A DNA stretch of 64,000 bases from positions 6,742 through 70,741 of the forward strand of contig JAGNDO010000020.1 of NCBI GenBank assembly GCA_018003515.1, read 5' to 3'. The position numbers and the translations under genes were made by a program. The stretch is from Caldilineaceae bacterium. GTDB lineage: Bacteria > Chloroflexota > Anaerolineae > Caldilineales > Caldilineaceae. Position 1 is the first letter of the stretch. Each line of letters starts with the position of its first letter. The notes below the pieces were generated by a model. It made no database searches. It worked only from the letters and a program-made list of their open reading frames with translations, and was not told where the DNA came from. This document shows, in pieces, positions 1 to 9,460 of this stretch.

Positions 1-1
1 G

Positions 2-364
2 GTCATCCCCACGCAGAAACGAGACTTTGGTGGTCAACGGTCCCACCCCCACGGGCTGTCCCATCCCCGCGGCCAGAGAGATCTTGGCCATCCCATCCCC
101 CACTGGGGTGTAGATGGCGTCTTGGGCCAGCCAGAGGGGTTGGGTGCCTCCCCACAGCACAAAGTCGATGCCGGGTGGGAATTGGCCCACGTTCTCGATG
201 ATCAACCCTGGGGTGGGGACGCGCAGAGGGGCTATTGTCGCGACCCGGCTGTCTGCGCCCCATGCGGCAGTGGGCAAGAGAGCCACCCCAATTAAAATCA
301 AAAGAAAAGGCAGGAATGCGCGTTTGTTGGGGCGTAGCGATGAAACAACGGCGACAAATGGCAT
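2..364 (-). CDS. N-terminal part of an exported hypothetical protein (continues beyond window start)
   Basis: My own minus-strand translation from ATG 364 gives MPFVAVVSSLRPNKRAFLPFLLILIGVALLPTAAWGADSRV... This is a basic n-region, a hydrophobic core and an AWG-A cleavage-like site. The frame stays open to base 2 and has G/C-rich third positions. It is not in the supplied ORF track. Confidence 0.4.
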   Translation of the reverse strand, partial: MPFVAVVSSLRPNKRAFLPFLLILIGVALLPTAAWGADSRVATIAPLRVPTPGLIIENVGQFPPGIDFVLWGGTQPLWLAQDAIYTPVGDGMAKISLAAGMGQPVGVGPLTTKVSFLRGDD

Positions 365-402
365 GTTGGGCTCCTGGTGAGATAGGGTTGGCTTGATGTT
401 TG

Positions 403-506
403 GCAAGCGTTCACCCCCGCCCCCCTGACCCCCCAACTTTGGGGGGAACTGTCCACGACCTCCCCCAGCATTGGGGGCCGGGGGGCGGAAGGGGGTGAAC
501 GCTTGC
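403..506 (+). repeat. Dispersed ~95-bp G/C-rich repeat, copy 1 (core CCCCAACTTTGGGGGGAACTGTCCACGACCTCCCCCAG, ends form inverted repeat GCGTTCACCCCC/GGGGGTGAACGC)
   Basis: The same core recurs at 14711-14804 (reverse orientation) and 62081-62146 (same orientation). Confidence 0.8.
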
Positions 507-517
507 GCGGTTTGGGG

Positions 518-1147
518 TTATCCTTCCACCACTACGGCTTGCTCCCGCACGGTGACCAGGCGCACGTCCAGACCGCCGAAGGCTTCGTCGTGGCCATAGA
601 CCAGGTAAAATGGCGCGGAGGCGTCCGCGCCCAGGGTGGCAAGCAGGGCCGGTTTCCCCTCATCCTCGGCCTGGAAGTGGGCGAAGAGACCGGGGCGGAC
701 TTCTTCGAAGGGGATGTGGGCGGTCAATTGGGCTAGTTGGGCATCGTCCAATTCCAGAAAGCGGGGCACCATGCGAAAGGCGCGCACCACGGGGGCATGG
801 TCAAATTCCAGAGAGCAGATAAAGTAGGTGCTGTCGGGATAGTAGGCGTTCCAGGCATCCGTGCCAGAAGGGTAGGCCACGGAGATGGGGTGGGAGTGGT
901 AGATGCCCATCATCTCGTCGCCCTGGTCTTCGAAGTGAAATTGAAGCAGCAGGGCCTTGGGGTCCACGGTGTAGTTGTTAACCTTGTCCTCGGCCAGGTT
1001 TTCGGCCCGGAAGAGTTCGGCGGCCCGGTTGTCCCGTCCCCGCAACAGGCCACAGATCTCCTCGGGCTTGCCGGCTTGGCTGTGGGCGATGATTTCGGCA
1101 TGGATGGCTTGGGGCAGATAGACGGATGACGGGTTGGCGGATGGCAT
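518..1147 (-). CDS. JAMM/MPN+ family metalloprotease (Mov34/Mec-like) with ~70-aa C-terminal extension
   Basis: Shows the JAMM signature: upstream Glu (PEEICGLL) and the motif HSHPISVAYPSGTD. The ORF is 209 aa. Confidence 0.8.
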   Translation of the reverse strand: MPSANPSSVYLPQAIHAEIIAHSQAGKPEEICGLLRGRDNRAAELFRAENLAEDKVNNYTVDPKALLLQFHFEDQGDEMMGIYHSHPISVAYPSGTDAWNAYYPDSTYFICSLEFDHAPVVRAFRMVPRFLELDDAQLAQLTAHIPFEEVRPGLFAHFQAEDEGKPALLATLGADASAPFYLVYGHDEAFGGLDVRLVTVREQAVVVEG

Positions 1148-1245
1148 GGTTTGCTCCTGGGTGAGGTTTGGGCTGGGTGGGCACGTAAGCAGGCCCCCCC
1201 TTTTCTACATCCTACCACCGAGCGTACGCAGGGCGAAAATGAGAC

Positions 1246-1296
1246 GCGGATGGCGCGGATTGGGCGGGTTTGACCTGCCCAATCCGCGCCATCCGC
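1246..1296. repeat. Perfect 20-bp-stem hairpin (GCGGATGGCGCGGATTGGGC / GCCCAATCCGCGCCATCCGC)
   Basis: Read directly; lies in the divergent intergenic region between the JAMM gene and dctQ. Confidence 0.7.
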
Positions 1297-1554
1297 ATGT
1301 CTATTTCTAAAAACAGCGCCTACCGTAAAGACGATTTGATTTTATGGCCGGATCTGGTATGATTGGCCCAGCCACTCCGTAGACTCTTGATAGATCCCTG
1401 CTCCACCCCAAGAAAAACACAAATTCAACCCAACCCGCTCGATTTTGCAGGCCAAGCTGCCGCTTACCCCTGGTGATCCCCTGGTCAACCTGTCATTGGG
1501 CAAAGCCCCGTTGCCACAAAACACCACACCCGTTAACGCGAAAGGAGCTCTACT

Positions 1555-2157
1555 GTGAGCAAATTTCTTGTAGGCTACGTCAAAGCCATCGATGGCCTAA
1601 CCGAATTTATGGGGGCGATCTCCATGCACCTGGTCTGGATCACCGTGGCGATCGGCTTCTACAATGTCGTCGTCCGCTACTTTGGCCGCTTTGTGGGATT
1701 GCAGTTGTCTTCGAATGTCTTTATCGAAACCCAATGGTATCTCTATTCCCTGGTCTTTCTGTTTGGCTTTGCCTACATTCTCAAGAACGGCATCAACGTG
1801 CGGGTGGACTTTTTCTACGCCAACTTCACGAAAAAACGCCGGGCACTGATCGATTTTATCGGCCACCTGCTCTTTTTGATCCCCTTTTCCCTGATGGGCA
1901 TCTGGGTCACCATCAACCCGGTGTTGCAATCTTGGGGACGGTCGCCCAATGGCAACTGGGGCACCTGGGAACAGTCGCCGGATCCCAACGGGCTGCCTCG
2001 TGCCCCTATCAAGACCATGATCATTGTGGCCTTTGTCATGCTTTTTCTACAGACCGTTGCCGAGCTGATCAAACTCTATGGCACGTTGGCCGAAAAGCAA
2101 GAATTTGTCATCCTGTCTACAGATGTCGAGGTCACTGCCCCCTTGCGGCTGGAATAG
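1555..2157 (+). CDS. dctQ: TRAP transporter small permease subunit (DctQ family)
   Basis: 200-aa membrane protein with DctQ-like sequence. A GTG start follows AAAGGAG, and the gene sits directly upstream of dctM. Confidence 0.85.
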   Translation: MSKFLVGYVKAIDGLTEFMGAISMHLVWITVAIGFYNVVVRYFGRFVGLQLSSNVFIETQWYLYSLVFLFGFAYILKNGINVRVDFFYANFTKKRRALIDFIGHLLFLIPFSLMGIWVTINPVLQSWGRSPNGNWGTWEQSPDPNGLPRAPIKTMIIVAFVMLFLQTVAELIKLYGTLAEKQEFVILSTDVEVTAPLRLE

Positions 2158-2276
2158 CCCGGTCCTGGGCGGTGCGGATTCCCCCCAACCCACTCTGAAT
2201 ACACCCACCCAATCTTTACCCGATCCCAATCCTGATCCTGATCCTAATCCCACGCCACCACACGAGGAGCAACTGA

Positions 2277-3611
2277 ATGGGCTTTGAATGGCTCGCTCTT
2301 GTCATGTTTGTCTTTTTCTTTGTCCTGATTCTATACGGATATCCGGTTGCCTTCTCCTTTGCCGGGACCGCCGTGGCGTTCATGGTCCTGGGCGTGGGCC
2401 TGGGGGCGTTTGATTGGAGGCTGCTGCGCCTGCTCCCCAATCGCTGGTTTGGCACCATGTCCGATTTTACCCTGTTGGCCATTATTTTCTTTGTCTTTAT
2501 GGGGGCAGTCTTCGAAAAATCCGGTTTGGCCGAAGAGCTATTGGAGACCGTGGGCGTGTTGATGGGGCCTCTGCGGGGCGGGCTGGCCCTGGCCGTGGTG
2601 ATTGTGGGCACCCTGCTGGCCGCGGCCACGGGGGTGGTGGCGGCAACGGTGATCGTCATGGGGTTGATCTCCTTGCCCGTGATGATACGCTACGGCTATG
2701 ACCACAAGTTGGCCACGGGGGTAATTGTGGCCTCCGGCACCCTGGCCCAGTTGGTGCCGCCCAGTTTGGTGCTGGTGGTGCTGAGTGACCAGATCGGCGT
2801 CAGCGTGGGGGATCTCTTTCTGGGCGCACTGATTCCCGGACTCATACTGGCCGGACTCTATGCCGTCTATGTGCTGGTCATCGCCTACCTCAAGCCGAAC
2901 CTGGCCCCCGCCTTGCCCCCGGAAGCCCGCATCACCGTGGGGACGACCCTGCTGCGGCGCACCATGGTGGCCGTGGTGCCTCCCCTCTTTTTGATCTTTG
3001 CCGTGCTGGGCAGCATCTTCTTTGGCCTGGCCAGCCCCACGGAGGCCGGTGCCGTGGGTGCATTTGGGGCCTGTTTGCTGGCCTTGGCCAACCGCAACAT
3101 GAATTGGACGTTGATCAAAAACGCCGCTCGCTCCACCTCCAACATCACCGCCCTGGTGATCATGATCCTCTTCTGTTCCACCATGTTTGGTCTGGTCTTT
3201 GATGGTTTGGGCGGACAGGGTTATGTCAAGAATATGCTCACCGGGCTGCCCGGCGGCTTCTGGGGCTTTGTGATCGTGGCCAATATCGCCATCTTCTTGC
3301 TGGGCATCAACCTGGAGTTTATCGAGATCAGCTTTATCGCCATGCCCCTCTTTGTCCCTGCGGCCATCGTTCTGGGTGTGGATCTGGTCTGGTTTGGCGT
3401 GATGATGGCCATCAACCTGAACATGGCCTTTATCTCCCCGCCCGTGGGCTTCTCCCTCTTCTATCTGCAAAGCATCGCCCCGCCAGAGGTGGACACCATC
3501 GACATCCACAAGGGGGCCTTGCCCTTCATGGTCCTGCAAGGCGTGGCCCTGATCCTGGTCATCATCTTCCCCCAGACTGTGACCTGGTTGGTGGCCGCCG
3601 CGGCGGGATAA
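2277..3611 (+). CDS. dctM: TRAP transporter large permease subunit (DctM family)
   Basis: 444-aa polytopic membrane protein typical of the DctM family; follows dctQ. Confidence 0.9.
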   Translation: MGFEWLALVMFVFFFVLILYGYPVAFSFAGTAVAFMVLGVGLGAFDWRLLRLLPNRWFGTMSDFTLLAIIFFVFMGAVFEKSGLAEELLETVGVLMGPLRGGLALAVVIVGTLLAAATGVVAATVIVMGLISLPVMIRYGYDHKLATGVIVASGTLAQLVPPSLVLVVLSDQIGVSVGDLFLGALIPGLILAGLYAVYVLVIAYLKPNLAPALPPEARITVGTTLLRRTMVAVVPPLFLIFAVLGSIFFGLASPTEAGAVGAFGACLLALANRNMNWTLIKNAARSTSNITALVIMILFCSTMFGLVFDGLGGQGYVKNMLTGLPGGFWGFVIVANIAIFLLGINLEFIEISFIAMPLFVPAAIVLGVDLVWFGVMMAINLNMAFISPPVGFSLFYLQSIAPPEVDTIDIHKGALPFMVLQGVALILVIIFPQTVTWLVAAAAG

Positions 3612-3614
3612 GAC

Positions 3615-3680
3615 GTGAAGCGTGAAACAAAAAGAGCGGGGATCCCTGGGGATCCCCGCTCTTTTTGTTTCACGCTTCAC
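3615..3680. terminator. Bidirectional hairpin (31-bp arms GTGAAGCGTGAAACAAAAAGAGCGGGGATCC, 3-nt loop) between convergent dctM and dctP
   Basis: Perfect inverted repeat read in the sequence. It starts 4 nt after the dctM stop and ends 5 nt before the dctP stop. Confidence 0.75.
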
Positions 3681-3684
3681 GCTT

Positions 3685-4827
3685 TTAGTAGTCGTTGTTG
3701 TAGGCGTACTGGGCGAAGGCGTACTCGTTCACCTTGTTCCAGGCGAAGATGCGTTTGCGGAAGGCATTCCATTGCTCGAAGATGCGGGCAAAGTCGGCAT
3801 CAGCGGCGGAATTCTCGGCGTAGAGGGCAAAGGAGGCAGCCTGGGCCGCGGCCATGATCTCATCGCTGTAGGTGCGCAACTGGGTGCCACCGGCCACCAG
3901 ACGCTCCAAAGCCTCGTTGTTGCGGGCATCATAGCGGGCCAGCATGGTCAAATTGGCTTCGAAAGCAGCCGTCTTGATGATCTCCTGGTAGATGACGGGC
4001 AATTTGTTCCATTCGTCCAGGTTGATCTCCACTTCCAAGCTCGGACCGGGCTCCCACCAACCGGGATTGTAGTAGAAGTCGGCCACTTGGTGCAGGCCCA
4101 ACTTCTCGTCGTCATAGGGACCGACCCACTCAGCGGCATCAATGGCACCGGTCTGCAAGGCCTGGAAGATTTCGCCGCCGGGCAGCACCTGAACCGTGGC
4201 CCCCAGTTTGGCCATCACCTGGCCACCCAGACCGGGGATGCGGAACTTGAGGCCCTGTAGGTCGGCCACGGTGTTGATCTCCTTGCGATACCAGCCGCCC
4301 ATCTGCACGCCTGTGTTGCCGGCGGGGAACTGGATCACGTTGAACTTGCTGGCATAGAACTCCTGCATCAACTCAAGACCGCCGCCCTCGTAGAGCCAAG
4401 AGTTCTGCTGCTGGGCGTTGAGGCCGAAGGGCAAGGAGGTGCCAAAGGCCGTCACCGGGCTTTTGCCCACATAGTAATAGGAAGCCGTGTGGCCGATGGG
4501 CACCGCGCCCTGGGAAACCACATCCAACACCTGGGTGCCAGGGGCCAATTCGCCGGCGGCCCGGGGTTCGATCTTGAACTTGCCACCGGTCATGGCGCTG
4601 ACCCGCTCGGCAAAGACCACGGCCCCACCGAAGATGGTGTCCAGGGCCACGGGCCAGCTTGTGGCCATCTGCCAACTGATCTCCGGCAAGCCAGTGTCCT
4701 GGGCCACAACTTGGGAGCTATCCTGGGCGATGGGGGCAGCAGCCATCCCACACCCGGCAGCCAAACCGACAACGGCACCGCCGGCGGCTTTGGTGGCAAG
4801 TCCCTTCAAAAATGTGCGACGATTCAT
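3685..4827 (-). CDS. dctP: TRAP transporter substrate-binding protein (DctP-type solute receptor) with twin-arginine signal
   Basis: ORF 3685..4938 trimmed to ATG 4827, which is preceded by GGAGAA. The N-terminus [26 protein letters not shown] is Tat-like, and the mature part is typical of TRAP periplasmic receptors. Confidence 0.85.
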   Translation of the reverse strand: MNRRTFLKGLATKAAGGAVVGLAAGCGMAAAPIAQDSSQVVAQDTGLPEISWQMATSWPVALDTIFGGAVVFAERVSAMTGGKFKIEPRAAGELAPGTQVLDVVSQGAVPIGHTASYYYVGKSPVTAFGTSLPFGLNAQQQNSWLYEGGGLELMQEFYASKFNVIQFPAGNTGVQMGGWYRKEINTVADLQGLKFRIPGLGGQVMAKLGATVQVLPGGEIFQALQTGAIDAAEWVGPYDDEKLGLHQVADFYYNPGWWEPGPSLEVEINLDEWNKLPVIYQEIIKTAAFEANLTMLARYDARNNEALERLVAGGTQLRTYSDEIMAAAQAASFALYAENSAADADFARIFEQWNAFRKRIFAWNKVNEYAFAQYAYNNDY

Positions 4828-5227
4828 GGGCAACTTCTCCTTTTGGTGAAAAAAACTGATTGGGTAGGTCTTCAGAACGAATCGGGGGCGGAGCGGGATG
4901 CATGAAAGAACGCAAAATTGCAGCAAGGGACCGGACATCCACTTGGGCTATCAAGATGCAACTATTGCTGAAATCTGTTTGGGATCTGTCATGCGAGGTG
5001 GCGACATTGTAAAGGAGAGTAGGGCGGATGTCAAACAGCATTCACGGTTACGGAGAGTTTGCCACGCTTGATGCTCTATGATAGGATTTTTGGACATCCT
5101 CAGGTCAAACCGCCGAGGTGCGGAGGAGTTGCAGAACAGAAAACAAAAGAATCCTCTCTGGTTCTCGGCGCTCTCGGCGCTCAATTTGCTTTTTGTAGTC
5201 GAGCCATAATTCAACTAGGAAAAACTG

Positions 5228-5434
5228 ATGGACTGTCCAAATTGCGGCCAATGGAACCCAGACGATAAGCAGGTTTGCTGGCGTTGCCAGACTGCCCTGC
5301 CCACCCCACCCGTAAAAAAAGCCAAACGGCCTACCCAACTTCTTCTGGGTCTGCCAGTCTGGGCCTGGTTGGCGGTCATTGCCTTTGTGGCCATATCGGC
5401 CATTGGACAATGTTCCTTCCTGCCCGCAGGCTGA
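5228..5434 (+). CDS. Small zinc-ribbon membrane protein
   Basis: CxxC...CxxC (MDCPNCGQW...CWRC) followed by one hydrophobic helix. The stop lies 3 nt before the LCP gene start. Confidence 0.55.
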   Translation: MDCPNCGQWNPDDKQVCWRCQTALPTPPVKKAKRPTQLLLGLPVWAWLAVIAFVAISAIGQCSFLPAG

Positions 5435-5440
5435 TCGATC

Positions 5441-6454
5441 ATGGCCCGTCCCCATCCCCTGCGCAAGAACAAGAAGTCGAGCCCCCGTTCCCCGATCTCT
5501 TCGCTGGTCCCTGGCGCGGCATCATCCGCCTCACCCATCAGGAAGTCAGCTTCAAAAAAACAAGCTCCTGGTCGATCCGCGGCCTGGGGACGGCGGCTTT
5601 GGGTCTGGCTGCTAATCCTCCTGCTGATCCCAGCGGTGGGGATCGGGCTTTTGTGGCTGGCTGCACCGTCCACGCCATCCACCTTTTTGATTCTGGGTGT
5701 GGATCAGCGCTCGGATGAGTCCGGCCCCACCCGCACGGATGTGATTGTGGTGGCCCATCTGGACCCAGGCCAGGGCCAGGCGGTGCTGATGAGCCTGCCC
5801 AGGGATCTCTGGTTGGAGCAGCCCAGCGGCACTCCCAACCGCATCAACACCGCGGCCTTTGTGGGCTACGACGCCAATGATCCCCATGCCGGTCCCCGCT
5901 ATCTGGCCCAAACCCTTCAGCTCAACTTCGATCTCTTGACCCAGGGGTATGTCCAAGTTAACTTTGACGGCTTCACCCGCATTGTGGACGCGGCCGGCGG
6001 GGTGGACGTGGATGTGCCCGTCCCCATTGTGGACACCCAATACCCCACCGCCGACTTCGGCGTCACCACCATCGGTTTTGACGCCGGTCCCCAGCACTTG
6101 GACGGGGCGCAGGCGCTGATCTACGTGCGCACCCGGCATCAGGACAGCGATTTTGGCCGGGCGGCCCGGCAGCAGCAGGTGATCCAGGGGCTGGCCCGGT
6201 CGTTGCTCTTGCCCACGGGCTGGCTGCGCATCCCTGGTGTGATGGGCGCGGTGCTGTCGGCCACCCAAAGCGACCTCACCCCGGCGGACTATCCCGCCCT
6301 GGCCCAGCTTGCCCTCTTCTTGGCCACAGACCGGGCGGAAACCCTGGTCCTGGGCCAGGATTACACGATCCCGTGGACCACACCCAACGGGGGTTATGTA
6401 CTGTTGCCCAATTGGGAGACGATCCTGCCCCAGATGGATCGATTGCTGAGGTAG
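5441..6454 (+). CDS. LytR-CpsA-Psr (LCP) family cell-envelope phosphotransferase
   Basis: N-terminal TM helix followed by LCP-domain motifs (LILGVDQR...RTDVIVVAHL...SLPRDLW...RTRH.DSDFGRA.RQQ). Confidence 0.85.
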   Translation: MARPHPLRKNKKSSPRSPISSLVPGAASSASPIRKSASKKQAPGRSAAWGRRLWVWLLILLLIPAVGIGLLWLAAPSTPSTFLILGVDQRSDESGPTRTDVIVVAHLDPGQGQAVLMSLPRDLWLEQPSGTPNRINTAAFVGYDANDPHAGPRYLAQTLQLNFDLLTQGYVQVNFDGFTRIVDAAGGVDVDVPVPIVDTQYPTADFGVTTIGFDAGPQHLDGAQALIYVRTRHQDSDFGRAARQQQVIQGLARSLLLPTGWLRIPGVMGAVLSATQSDLTPADYPALAQLALFLATDRAETLVLGQDYTIPWTTPNGGYVLLPNWETILPQMDRLLR

Positions 6455-6511
6455 GGGGAATTGATATGGCATGGGTATGAGGTGTGACGGAAACTACGTT
6501 CTATTGTTTGA

Positions 6512-6547
6512 AGAGACCCGGCGGATCCACACCGCCGGGTCTCTTTG
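6512..6547 (+). terminator. Rho-independent terminator-like hairpin after the LCP gene
   Basis: 13-bp stem AGAGACCCGGCGG / CCGCCGGGTCTCT with a 7-nt loop, followed by TTGTG. Confidence 0.6.
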
Positions 6548-6562
6548 TGGGGGGGGCACCAT

Positions 6563-6738
6563 GTAGGGGCACGGGTTGCGGCGGCAAAGATGATCTTGGG
6601 ACGACGAATCGACCATCCGCCGCAACCCGTGCCCGGAAGACAGTTCATTTTATTGCCAACCGGGCATGGGAGCGGACGGCGATGTCCATAGCTTGCCTGC
6701 GGATAGGAGCCGTGCGCCGTCCGCACCCATGCCCCTAC
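6563..6738. repeat. Compound REP-like element: two long hairpins nested in outer GTAGGGGCA/TGCCCCTAC arms
   Basis: The paired arms are GGCACGGGTTGCGGCGG...CCGCCGCAACCCGTGCC and GGGCATGGGAGCGGACGGCG...CGCCGTCCGCACCCATGCCC. Confidence 0.65.
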
Positions 6739-6867
6739 GCGGGGATCCGACAACCCTCGAAAAGCCCTGTTTCCCCCCTGGCTCAATGTTGCCAAATCTG
6801 TCGAAAGCCGTAAAATGAAAGGTTGATGTAACTTTATCGGTTTAGTTTATTGAATTGGTGTGATCTT

Positions 6868-8352
6868 ATGTTAAAAAAATTCTGGTTCTCGGCAGCCACC
6901 CGGGCCGAGATGGACGCTGCGGACGCAGCCGAGTTGGGCGACGACCGCCACGCCGAGCGGCCCGGCGGCTGGCGGCGCTTCTTGTTTCAACGCCGCTTGA
7001 TGGCCGGGGAGTATCACAACTATCCCCAGCGCTGGAACTGGAGCGCGGTGATGCGGCCCCTGGATCACCGCATCGAAGAGCAGGCCCGAACCGAGATCAG
7101 CCGTCGCACCCTGGTGGGGCTGCGCTTTTTCTGGCTGGATGGCCTCTTTGCCTCCATCAGCGAGAACTTCTATTTGGGCTTTGTGCCCCTCTTTGCCCTG
7201 GCCTATGGGGCCAGCGCCGGGGACATCGGCTGGCTGACTGCGGTGGGCAATCTGTTAGGGGCAATGGCCCTCTTCCCTGGGGCCAAGGTGCTGGAATGGT
7301 TGCCCCGGCGCAAGCCCGTGGTGTTGTGGGCCGGGGCCGGCGTGGGGCGGATCATGTTGCTGCTCCTGGCCCTGCTGCCCTTTGTGGGCACAGGTCCCCG
7401 CATAGCCATCGGGGCCATCATTGTCCTCAACGGTCTGCGGGCCTTTGCGTCCAACTTTGGCAACCCTGCCTGGACCGCCATCGTGGCCGATCTAGTACCG
7501 GCCCAGATGCGCGGCCGCTATTTTGGCAACCGCAACCTGGCCATGGGGTTGGCCGCCCTTTTGGTGACGCCCCTGGCCGGTTTTGTGATCCGCACGGTCA
7601 ATGTGCAGACCGGCTCCCCGGTCATCGGCTATCAGTGGATCTTTGGCCTGGCCTTTGTCTTCGGCATGATCAGCACCCTCTTCTTTGCCCGCATTCCAGA
7701 GCCAAAATCAACCACCGCCACTGATTATGCCCACAAAAAGGGCGATCTGCGCCGGGCCATGCGCCAGAGTACGGGCTTCTTGGGGTTGGTGATCTCCGCC
7801 TTTATTTGGAACATGGCCTTGCAAGTGGCCGGGCCTTTCTATAATGTCTTTCTGGTTACCGAATTTGACGCCAGCACCACCACCATCGGGCTGGTTTCCA
7901 GCGTCAGCAGCCTGACTGCCCTCTTTGGTCAGCGCTACTTTGGCCCCATCATGGATCGCAAGGGAGCCGTTTGGGTCGCCCTGGTTTCTGGCTTGGTCAT
8001 CCCCGTGCTGCCCCTGGCTTGGATGTTCATCACCGCCCCGTGGCAAGTGGGGGCCATCAATGTGCTGGGCGGCTTTGTGTGGGCGGGATACAACCTGGCC
8101 GGTTTCGCCCTGCTGCTAGATCTGACACCGGAGACCGAGCGCCCCCGGGCCGTGGCCCTCTATCAGACCGCGGTCTTTGCCAGCGCCGTGCTGGGGCCGA
8201 TTCTGGGCGGCTACGTGGCGGATACGGTGAGCTATCAGGCCATCTTCGGCATCAGCGCGGGGGGAAGGTTGCTGGGGATGCTGATCTTCATCTTCATGGT
8301 GGCCCGGCCCATCAGCCGCAAGCTGGCTGAATCCAGGGTCGTCCCAGCATGA
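6868..8352 (+). CDS. MFS transporter
   Basis: Has about 12 hydrophobic segments and MFS-like loops. The longest ORF starts at TTG 6850; I prefer ATG 6868. Confidence 0.8.
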   Translation: MLKKFWFSAATRAEMDAADAAELGDDRHAERPGGWRRFLFQRRLMAGEYHNYPQRWNWSAVMRPLDHRIEEQARTEISRRTLVGLRFFWLDGLFASISENFYLGFVPLFALAYGASAGDIGWLTAVGNLLGAMALFPGAKVLEWLPRRKPVVLWAGAGVGRIMLLLLALLPFVGTGPRIAIGAIIVLNGLRAFASNFGNPAWTAIVADLVPAQMRGRYFGNRNLAMGLAALLVTPLAGFVIRTVNVQTGSPVIGYQWIFGLAFVFGMISTLFFARIPEPKSTTATDYAHKKGDLRRAMRQSTGFLGLVISAFIWNMALQVAGPFYNVFLVTEFDASTTTIGLVSSVSSLTALFGQRYFGPIMDRKGAVWVALVSGLVIPVLPLAWMFITAPWQVGAINVLGGFVWAGYNLAGFALLLDLTPETERPRAVALYQTAVFASAVLGPILGGYVADTVSYQAIFGISAGGRLLGMLIFIFMVARPISRKLAESRVVPA

Positions 8353-9239
8353 CCAGGCCCACACCCGCCCATCCCCCCACTCAAACCATGCGGGCCACAT
8401 TCGTCGGCAGCACGGCGGTGATCATGTGGTCCACCCTGGCCCTGCTCACCGTGGGCAGCGGCGGGGTGCCCCCCTTTCAACTGGTGGCCATGGCCTTCAG
8501 CATGGCCACCCTGATCGGCGTGGGGTTGTGGATGCGGCAAGGCGGCCCGTGGCTGCGCCATCTGCGTCTGCCCTGGCCCGTGTGGGTCAACGGGGTAGTG
8601 GGTCTCTTTGGCTATCACTTCTTCTACTTTCTGGCCCTTGACCACGCCCCGGCAGTGGAAGCCAACCTGATCAACTATCTGTGGCCCCTGCTGATCGTCC
8701 TCTTCTCCGCCCTGCTGCCAGGGGAACGCTTGCGCTGGTATCACATGGCCGGCGCGCTGCTGGGACTGACCGGGGCGGTGCTGCTGATCCTGCGGGGCGG
8801 ACGGCTGGAACTGGATGCACAATATGTGGGCGGCTATGCGGCGGCCACAGCCGCCGCGCTGATCTGGGCGGCCTATTCGGTCATCAGCCGGCGTTTTGGC
8901 ACAATTCCGACCCAATCGGTTGGCGGCTTTTGTGCGGTCACAGCGATCCTGTCCGCATTGGCCCATGTGGCCTTTGAACCAACTGTGTGGCCCACGGGCT
9001 GGGCCTGGCTGGCCGTCCTGGGCTTGGGCCTCGGTCCCGTGGGCGCGGCCTTCTTCACCTGGGACGTGGGGGTGAAACAGGGCAACATCCGGGCCCTGGG
9101 GGCGATGGCCTATGCCACGCCCTTGCTTTCTACACTGTTGTTGATCGGCTTTGGGCTGGCCCAGCCTTCCTGGACGATTCTGGCCGCTTGTGGGCTGATC
9201 GTGGGTGGGGCCGTGCTGGCGGCGGGGGATCTTTTTTAA
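8349..9239 (+). CDS. EamA/DMT-superfamily transporter
   Basis: 10-TM protein with duplicated EamA-like halves. ATGA start/stop overlap with the MFS gene. Confidence 0.8.
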   Translation: MTRPTPAHPPTQTMRATFVGSTAVIMWSTLALLTVGSGGVPPFQLVAMAFSMATLIGVGLWMRQGGPWLRHLRLPWPVWVNGVVGLFGYHFFYFLALDHAPAVEANLINYLWPLLIVLFSALLPGERLRWYHMAGALLGLTGAVLLILRGGRLELDAQYVGGYAAATAAALIWAAYSVISRRFGTIPTQSVGGFCAVTAILSALAHVAFEPTVWPTGWAWLAVLGLGLGPVGAAFFTWDVGVKQGNIRALGAMAYATPLLSTLLLIGFGLAQPSWTILAACGLIVGGAVLAAGDLF

Positions 9240-9328
9240 GGCAAAAGGCAAAGTGCAAAAGGCAAAAGGATCGTGTCAAGCGGATGGTTTCGCCTGACAC
9301 GATCCTTTTGCACTTTGCCTTTTGCCTT
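9240..9328. repeat. Word-palindrome element (arms of GGCAAAAGG/GCAAAGTGCAAAAGG words, core GATCGTGTCAAGCG)
   Basis: Begins immediately after the eamA stop. It is the same element as 11111-11208 but with the loop in reverse orientation. Confidence 0.8.
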
Positions 9329-9460
9329 ACCACCCCCTATCCACAATTTGGCCGAAACGATGACCGTCGCCTAGAATCAGAAAGTTATTTCACCCGCATC
9401 CCAACACCAGCTTGCATTCATTAACTTCAACGCTATCGCACACGAAACACGCAAAAGCCA

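Noticed and set aside
6484-6813. 109-aa ORF in the LCP-MFS intergenic region
   Set aside because: Its sequence is made of the nested palindromes at 6563-6738, so the translation mirrors itself. It has no start context.
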